Positions 57,803 to 64,000 of a stretch of DNA of 64,000 nucleotides are shown here, in pieces. This DNA is from a bacterium. Its GTDB lineage: Bacteria; UBA8248. Position numbers and translations under genes: made by a program. Under the pieces are notes generated by a model. It had not been told where the DNA came from. It made no database searches and was given only the letters and a program-made list of their open reading frames with translations. How positions within the stretch are numbered: position 1 is the first letter of the stretch; each line of letters begins with the position of its first letter. Where the stretch lies: assembly GCA_965207065.1 (NCBI GenBank), contig OZ242260.1, forward strand, positions 1,952,001 through 2,016,000. Direction: 5' to 3'.

Positions 57803-58249
57803 ATGGCTGAAGATATGATGGAAAATTACGTCGATAAAAACCCGGACGTGCAGGAGCGCTTCAGAAAAGCGGGCGAGATCCGTCGTGCGATGGGAATCTA
57901 CGGAGAAGGCGGGCAGACAACGGACGATTTTCTTAAAATATCCCCGGCGCACACGCAGACTATCATGGAGTATTGCTTCGGCATGGTCTGGGCGCAGTCG
58001 GAGAAGCTCGACCTGAAAACGCGCGAGATCATCGTGCTCGCCACCATGGTGGCGCAGGATCTGCCCGGAGAACTGGAGTGGCACGTGCGCTCGGCTCTCA
58101 ATCTGGGCCTCACGCAAGATGAGATTATCGAGGCGATCGTACAGTGTTCACCCTATGTCGGGCTGCCCAAAACAAACCACGCGCTCAGAGCGGCGAAACG
58201 GGCTTTCGACAAGGCCGAGGGAAAAGAACCGAGCGACCTGGGGCACTAG
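57803..58249 (+). CDS. Carboxymuconolactone decarboxylase (CMD) family protein
   Basis: YCFGMVW, LDLKTRE, LEWHVRSALNLG, EIIE...Q...YVGLP. Confidence 0.85.
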   Translation: MAEDMMENYVDKNPDVQERFRKAGEIRRAMGIYGEGGQTTDDFLKISPAHTQTIMEYCFGMVWAQSEKLDLKTREIIVLATMVAQDLPGELEWHVRSALNLGLTQDEIIEAIVQCSPYVGLPKTNHALRAAKRAFDKAEGKEPSDLGH

Positions 58250-58334
58250 CGAGCCGCCGCTCATTGGGCAAAACCGCTTGCAAATAACCGGTGCGGGTGA
58301 AGCCTGAGGAGATTTTCGCCCCCTCGGTGGGCGG

Positions 58335-58823
58335 CTATTTCCCCTTGAGGAGCCCGGGCCAGTTCTTGTCGGCCGATTTGATGTTGCCGGGGATATCCTG
58401 CTCCCAGGCCCGCTGAACGCCCTTGCTGTAGTTCAGATAGAGCTTGCCGTCCACGATCTTCCAGGCTTCGGGGACGATGCTCGCCGTGTAGCCCCGGCTC
58501 ACGGCGTATGCGCAGTAGCCGCCGTACCGGGGGGCGTATTTTTCAGGATCGGCGCGGAACAGATCGCGGTTTTTCTCGCTCGCGAAATACCACGTCGCGC
58601 CTTTCCACTTGTGGGAGAAGGCCTTTTTCCCCTCTACGGGTTTACTCTCGGTAAAATAGGCGACAGGGTCGTATCCCCGGATGGCGCCTCCCGGCAAAGT
58701 GGAATAAACGGGCGCGATGGCCGCAGCCGAAACCGGAAGAGCGAGTATAAAGGCAAAGAACGACAGGGCGGCGTATACCCGCAATTTGCGTAGAGCGCAG
58801 GGGGTTTGATTCGTTGTTCTCAT
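58335..58823 (-). CDS. Secreted YHS-domain protein (Cys form)
   Basis: AIRGYDPVAYF, PEKYAPRYGGYCAYAVS, WKIVDGKLYLNY. Confidence 0.88.
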   Translation of the reverse strand: MRTTNQTPCALRKLRVYAALSFFAFILALPVSAAAIAPVYSTLPGGAIRGYDPVAYFTESKPVEGKKAFSHKWKGATWYFASEKNRDLFRADPEKYAPRYGGYCAYAVSRGYTASIVPEAWKIVDGKLYLNYSKGVQRAWEQDIPGNIKSADKNWPGLLKGK

Positions 58824-58941
58824 CTTTCCAGCATCCTCTGATAAACCGGCGGCAGCGATATAGGGATGGGGTGGCCTCCCTAAAACGCATTATACCCCAA
58901 ACACGCTCAAATGCGCTTCAAATGGTGGCGAAATGCCCGCT

Positions 58942-59619
58942 TCAGGGGTCGTAAAACTCAGGCAGGGTGAGATAGCCCTCACGCGGCAGTTCCGCTTTTA
59001 AGGGGAGGCCCTGTCTTAGTTTCAGCCTCTGGACGGTTCGTAAGTGCGCGAGTACGTTCCAGTAGATATGGCGCAGTACCCCGCCGATTTCCAGGCGAAA
59101 AAGACCGGGGCGCTCCGCGTCTTCATAAAATCCGAATGGATGAAGGCGGACGGACATCCTGTGGTAGTCGACGGGCTTGTGGGGGTCTCCGGGGCGGGAG
59201 GCTTCGGGGTCCATGTAGTAGGTGAACGACAAGGCGCGCAGCCTGTCCTCGCTTTCCTTGTCGATGATTTCACAACAAAGCGCGGCCCAGGGGCGCATGA
59301 AATCGACCACCGCCTTTTTGTCTCCGGCCGCTTCGGGCGGAACGTGCCGGATGCCTGAGTCGATGAGGTCGGCGATGAGGCCTGCCGTATCGGGAAAGGC
59401 ATAGCCTTCTCTTGTCAGCATCTCGCCTGCCCGCATGGACAGCCACACCGGGGTCATGAGGGCGATGTGGCGGATTTGCAAATCCATCGACCAGCGCGCC
59501 CAGGGCGGCTCCTCGTTCGCGTAGCACATCTGCTCGTGGTTCAGTCCTTCGACTTCCCCGTATACGAGATCGGGATAGTGCGCGAGGTCGGTTCTGAGTT
59601 GACTCCATTCCTCGTTCAT
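58942..59619 (-). CDS. DinB/YfiT-like hypothetical protein
   Basis: WS...QIRHI and LRHIYWNVLAHLR His pattern. Confidence 0.5.
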   Translation of the reverse strand: MNEEWSQLRTDLAHYPDLVYGEVEGLNHEQMCYANEEPPWARWSMDLQIRHIALMTPVWLSMRAGEMLTREGYAFPDTAGLIADLIDSGIRHVPPEAAGDKKAVVDFMRPWAALCCEIIDKESEDRLRALSFTYYMDPEASRPGDPHKPVDYHRMSVRLHPFGFYEDAERPGLFRLEIGGVLRHIYWNVLAHLRTVQRLKLRQGLPLKAELPREGYLTLPEFYDP

Positions 59620-59807
59620 CTTGTCGCCTCTGGCAAGTCATTGAAGGAGAGCGAATTATTGTGCCTTGTAAGCCGGGGAAAAGAAAGATAGAATTTCCCC
59701 ATCCATTCGAATCTTTTTGCATTGGTTTTCACGCTTCTATCCGTTGTGCTCATCGGTATCCTCGCAAGGGGGATATCTTCCATTCCTGTTCAGGGAGGGT
59801 AGTGCCA

Positions 59808-60797
59808 ATGGCAAGAAGAATCATACCCGTCGTTTTGGTTGCCGCAGCGTTTCTCCTCGCCCAGGGGGCGGCGCCCGCCTTGGGAGCCAAGAAGGTCGTC
59901 ATCAAGGTCGGCCACATGTACAGCAACAAGAACCCCACCCATTACGGGGCTATCGAATTCGGAAAGATACTCGACAAGCTCAGCAAGGGGACCATGGAAG
60001 TGCAGGTGTTCCTGAAGGGCCAGGTCGGCGACGGCAAGACCCAGTTGCAATCGGTGCAGTTGGGAGCGATTCAGGCGACGTTCCAGGGACTCACGCAGTT
60101 TCCCGCTTATGACAGCCTGAACCTGCCCTATTTCTGGAAGAGCACCAAGCACGTGCGCACCGTCGCCAACGGGCCGCTGTTCGAACGCTGGCGCAAGGAG
60201 TTCCTGAAAAAGCGCGGCACCATCATGGTGAGCGTCATCAACCGGGGCGCACGGCACGTGCTCTCGCGCAAGAAGCCTCTGAAAACGCTCGCCGATTTCA
60301 AGGGACTCAAAATCCGCGTTCCCCAGGCGCCTCCCTGGGTACTGGCCTTCCGCGGACTGGGCGCGAAGCCCACGCCGATGTCCTGGGCGGACGTTTACAA
60401 CGCCATGCTCCTCGGCACGGTCGACGCCATGGAGAACACCCTGGAGACGCTCTATACCAACAAGTTCTACGAAGTGGGCAAACACCTGACGCTCACGTCT
60501 CATCTCTCCTCGACGTCGTACTTCATGGTGAACGACAAGTGGCGCAAAGGCCTGAACAAGCAGCAGCGCAAGTGGTTCGACGACGCGCTGTCCAAGGGTA
60601 TCGCCCACGCGCAGAAAATCTACACCGACCTCGAGAACGCCTACCTCGAGAAGTTCAAGAAAAAGGGCGTGAAAATCTACAACATCAACGTGGATGAATT
60701 CGCCAAGAAAACCGCCTCGGCTGCTGAGACCATCGGCACGAAGGGGTGGGGCAAGGACTTCTTCGCTAAAGTCAAGGCGACGCGCTCGAAGTTCTAA
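59808..60797 (+). CDS. dctP: TRAP transporter substrate-binding protein (DctP family)
   Basis: Signal peptide, DFKGLKIRVP, LGAKPTPMSWADVY, GTVDAMEN. Confidence 0.9.
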   Translation: MARRIIPVVLVAAAFLLAQGAAPALGAKKVVIKVGHMYSNKNPTHYGAIEFGKILDKLSKGTMEVQVFLKGQVGDGKTQLQSVQLGAIQATFQGLTQFPAYDSLNLPYFWKSTKHVRTVANGPLFERWRKEFLKKRGTIMVSVINRGARHVLSRKKPLKTLADFKGLKIRVPQAPPWVLAFRGLGAKPTPMSWADVYNAMLLGTVDAMENTLETLYTNKFYEVGKHLTLTSHLSSTSYFMVNDKWRKGLNKQQRKWFDDALSKGIAHAQKIYTDLENAYLEKFKKKGVKIYNINVDEFAKKTASAAETIGTKGWGKDFFAKVKATRSKF

Positions 60798-60849
60798 GGT
60801 AGTAGTTTCGATAGTCGCGCCGGGTAAGCTGCACGGCGCAACAAGAAAT

Positions 60850-60887
60850 TAAACACCGCCGGTTGTGGTGAGCCGGCGGTGTTTTTT
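60850..60887. terminator. Bidirectional intrinsic terminator
   Basis: AAAACACCGCCGG...CCGGCGGTGTTTT between convergent dctP and dctM. Confidence 0.8.
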
Positions 60888-60893
60888 GTTGTC

Positions 60894-62180
60894 CTAGTTG
60901 ACCGGCAGCAGCAGGTTCGGGAGCCACATGACGAGCGGCGAGTAGTAGACCATGGCGAACAGGGTGACGATGAGCGGAATATAAAACGGCGTAGTGGCCC
61001 GCACGATGGTCCAGAAAGGCACTTTCGTAATGTCCGACACCACGTATAGAGCGAGCGCGAATGGCGGCGTGAGGTTTCCGATAACCAGATTCAAAACCAT
61101 GAACACGCCCAGGTGCACCAAGTCGATATCCAGCGCCTGTGCGATGGGCAGCATGACCGGCGTGACGATGAGCAGCAGGGGCGTCGGTTCCATCACCATG
61201 CCGCCGATGAGCAGGAATATGTTGAGAACGAAGAGAATGAGCCACTTCTCCTGCAGTGCGGTCATGAGGAAGTGGGCGAATATGAAGGGGACGCGCTCGA
61301 TGGTGATGAGGCGCGTGAAGACCGAAGCGGCGGAGAATATGAACAGCACCACCGCCGTATAGATGATCACCGTCGATAGGATGCGGGGGATGTCCGTGAG
61401 GCGGACCTCCTTGTAGACCACCATTCCGAGAAAGAGCGACCACGCCACGGCGAGCACGGCCGCCTCGGTGGGCGTCGTGGCGCCCGAACCGATTCCGCCC
61501 AGGATGATCGCAGGCGTCATCAGCGCCAGAAAGGCGGAGCGGAAGCTCTTCCATATCTGGACGAGCGAGGCGCGCGGATACTTCTTGTATCCCCGCTTGC
61601 GGGAGATGAAATAGACGATCACCATCATCGCGCCGCCCATGAAGAAGCCCGGAACCACGCCGCCCAGGAACACGCGCCCCGCCGATTCCTCTGCGATGCT
61701 CGCGTATATCACCATGATGATGCTGGGCGGGATGATGGGCCCGATGCAAGAACTCGCGGCCGTAACGGCAGCCGAGAATGGCTTGTCGTAGCCCTCCTTG
61801 GTCATGCCTTCGATCTCCACGCGGCCCAGGCCCGCCGCGTCGGCAAGCGCGGAGCCGGACATGCCCGCGAAGATGATGCTGGCGACGATGTTCGCGTGTC
61901 CCAGACTGCCGGTGAAATGGCCCACCAGCGTTTTGGCGAAATCGAAAATCCTGTCCGTGACCTTCGCGATGTTCATGATCTGGGCGGCGAAAATGAACAG
62001 CGGAATGGCGATGAGCGAGTAATGCTCCAGCGAGCCGATCATGATGCTCGCGAGGAAGGTGATCGGCATCTCGGAGAGGAACGTCAGGTAAAACAGACAG
62101 GTGAATACGAGGGCCAGGGCTATCGGTGTGTTGAAGGAGAGGAAGAGGAAGAACAGCAATACGAGTATCAATGCGTTCAT
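60894..62180 (-). CDS. dctM: TRAP transporter large permease
   Basis: AIPLFI, FAGMSGSALAD, GPIIPPS, TPTEAA, LTPPF. Confidence 0.93.
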   Translation of the reverse strand: MNALILVLLFFLFLSFNTPIALALVFTCLFYLTFLSEMPITFLASIMIGSLEHYSLIAIPLFIFAAQIMNIAKVTDRIFDFAKTLVGHFTGSLGHANIVASIIFAGMSGSALADAAGLGRVEIEGMTKEGYDKPFSAAVTAASSCIGPIIPPSIIMVIYASIAEESAGRVFLGGVVPGFFMGGAMMVIVYFISRKRGYKKYPRASLVQIWKSFRSAFLALMTPAIILGGIGSGATTPTEAAVLAVAWSLFLGMVVYKEVRLTDIPRILSTVIIYTAVVLFIFSAASVFTRLITIERVPFIFAHFLMTALQEKWLILFVLNIFLLIGGMVMEPTPLLLIVTPVMLPIAQALDIDLVHLGVFMVLNLVIGNLTPPFALALYVVSDITKVPFWTIVRATTPFYIPLIVTLFAMVYYSPLVMWLPNLLLPVN

Positions 62181-62196
62181 GTAGGCTCCTTCTCGC

Positions 62197-62865
62197 TCAC
62201 ACCGCCGGGGAACTCCGGTGGCTCAGTTCCATCTTATTCGTGATCAATCCCAATAGTTGGCGTCCCGAGTGGATGATCATCAGGGCCATTCCCACGGGAA
62301 ACGATGCGCTCTGGTAGGTTTGCGGGAACTCGAGCGCCGAAGAAGGGTAGGTCCATTCCAGAATCGCCACCTGGATTCCCTGGTACAGGAGCAGGAGCAG
62401 CGTGAAGAAAATGAGAATTTCGATAACGATGCGAATCTTCCGTTGCCAATGTTCCGGCAACTGACCGACGAAGGTCTCCATCGTCAGCTTCTCGCCGTGC
62501 TTGTATGCGAGCGCAGCGCCGATGAAGACGGCCCAGTGGAAACAGAGCAACGTAACTTCCTCGGCCCATACGATGGGGTCGTCCAGGATGTATCTGAAAT
62601 ACACCTGCATGAAGACGATATATCCGATGGCCGCCAGGAAGGGATATGCCAGAAGTTCCTCCAGATTGCGCAGCAGGAAACCCCAGCCTTCCATCTTCAC
62701 CTGGCGGTAGGCGTAAATGACGACGCCCGCGAGCAGGATGACGGGGACGATGTAATGAAAAACGGGGATGCCGATCAGGATGAGCGGCGGCTGGACCAGG
62801 GTGTAGAACACCCACGAGGATATCTTGAATATCAACTGGAAAGGTAAAGCTATCCACTCCGACAC
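62197..62865 (-). CDS. dctQ: TRAP transporter small permease with an N-terminal hydrophobic extension
   Basis: QVYFRYIL..PIVWAEE, W.VFIGAALAYK. Confidence 0.82.
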   Translation of the reverse strand: MSEWIALPFQLIFKISSWVFYTLVQPPLILIGIPVFHYIVPVILLAGVVIYAYRQVKMEGWGFLLRNLEELLAYPFLAAIGYIVFMQVYFRYILDDPIVWAEEVTLLCFHWAVFIGAALAYKHGEKLTMETFVGQLPEHWQRKIRIVIEILIFFTLLLLLYQGIQVAILEWTYPSSALEFPQTYQSASFPVGMALMIIHSGRQLLGLITNKMELSHRSSPAV

Positions 62866-62978
62866 GGAATAACCCCCTATGGGGAAGCGAGTGCTCTGTG
62901 CTCGGAATTCCGCTTTTTCAGTATGTATCCCTTGTACAGAAGCATGGAATCGGGGTCAACCGGGCGTTTTCGGGCCGC

Positions 62979-64000
62979 CTAGAGGTCGCGCCACGGCTGG
63001 AGCACGGTTTTGACCTGTTCTTCATCGGGAAATTCCCCGCCCGTGATGCGCACGGCGCGTTCCGCCTCGGCGAGCGGGAAGCGGTGGGTCACCATCTCCT
63101 CGAAGGGATACGGCGAGTTGGCCGCAAAGTCGAGCGCGCCCCGCACGGCGTCGCTCGTGTGGCTGTATGCGCCCTGGATGCGAATTTCGCCCCACACCAG
63201 AGGGTCTAGTTCCAGAGTTCCTTCCTTCCCGCCGGTGAGTCCGGCCAGCACCACCGTGCCCAGCCTGCGGACGAGTTTTGGGGCGAGGCTCGCGGCGGCG
63301 GGGCTGCCCGTCACGTCGACCACCACGTCCGCCATCCGCCCGCCCGTGAGCTTGCGGACTTCTTCCTCGGGGTCTGCGGCCTCGACGTCGATGGCGTGAT
63401 CCGCGCCGAAGCGTTTCGCCGCCTCCAAACGCTTCGCGTCGCGCGAGAGACCAGTGACGATCACCAGTCCCGCTCCGGTATGTTTCGCCACCGCGCACGC
63501 GCAAAGACCCTGGGGGCCGGGGCCTTGCACCACCACGGCGTCGCCGACCGAGATGCCGCCCAGATCGTGCGCCCACCGCACCCCGTTCGCCAGCACGGCG
63601 GTGATGAGCACGGCGGATTCATCCGTAAGACCATCGGGCGCCTTGTGGATTCCCACCCCCGGCGGCAGGTATACGTACTGCCCGTAAGCGCCCCACAGGT
63701 GAGGCGGCTCCTGGCAGGAGCGGACACTGCCGTAGACCATCGCGTCCTTGCACAGGCGGCGGTTGCCGGTGTGGCAGTACCAGCACTGGTTACAGCCCAC
63801 CTGCGCCTCCACCACAAGGCGGTCGCCCTCCTTGACGCCGAGGCGTTTCTGGACGTTTTTCCCGACCTTGGCGAGGCGGCCAACCATCTCGTGACCCATG
63901 ATGATGGGGTAGCTCCATCGGTGGGCGACCTTGCCATTGAAATACTTATAATCCGAGGAACAAACGCCCACCATGTCGACGTGGAGAAGGCCGTCCTCAT
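62979..64000 (-). CDS. Zinc-dependent alcohol dehydrogenase (MDR family), 5' end probably outside the window
   Basis: GVCSSD, GHE, CNQCWYC..G...LC, GPGPQG. The frame appears open to the right edge. Confidence 0.88.
   Translation of the reverse strand, partial: EDGLLHVDMVGVCSSDYKYFNGKVAHRWSYPIIMGHEMVGRLAKVGKNVQKRLGVKEGDRLVVEAQVGCNQCWYCHTGNRRLCKDAMVYGSVRSCQEPPHLWGAYGQYVYLPPGVGIHKAPDGLTDESAVLITAVLANGVRWAHDLGGISVGDAVVVQGPGPQGLCACAVAKHTGAGLVIVTGLSRDAKRLEAAKRFGADHAIDVEAADPEEEVRKLTGGRMADVVVDVTGSPAAASLAPKLVRRLGTVVLAGLTGGKEGTLELDPLVWGEIRIQGAYSHTSDAVRGALDFAANSPYPFEEMVTHRFPLAEAERAVRITGGEFPDEEQVKTVLQPWRDL

Overview
High-GC bacterial chromosome window (core genes about 60% GC by eye) with three parts. 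(1) 1-10.3 kb is a lower-GC, partly decayed defence island. It holds an MmeI-family Type IIL restriction-modification gene whose 3' end is repeated twice downstream. The intact gene and each repeat head a different cargo gene: two HEPN-motif proteins and a Schlafen/AlbA_2 protein missing from the ORF track. Also present are a UDG-fold gene, a truncated Mrr, a tyrosine-recombinase fragment and a group II intron 3' remnant. (2) 10.5-26.5 kb holds metabolic and housekeeping genes: hydantoinase/oxoprolinase A/B, nucleoside hydrolase-ribokinase, hflKC, cupins, cyclase, creatininase, tadA and tRNA-Ser. It also has two tandem peroxiredoxin-like genes that each read through an in-frame TGA in a W-U-P-Y-C motif (probable selenoproteins), and an orphan promoter with NrdR-like boxes and a hairpin-rich segment between convergent genes. 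(3) 26.5-38.6 kb is a tRNA-Ser-anchored accessory zone: duplicated tRNA 3' half, nested IS1182/REP-like insertions, a 44-47 bp repeat family tied to the tRNA end, and a collapsed duplicate of a sugar ABC operon. It is followed by ordinary operons (sugar ABC, phoBR-pstSCAB-phoU, peptide ABC, TRAP). All family calls come from motif recognition by eye; no database searches were run.
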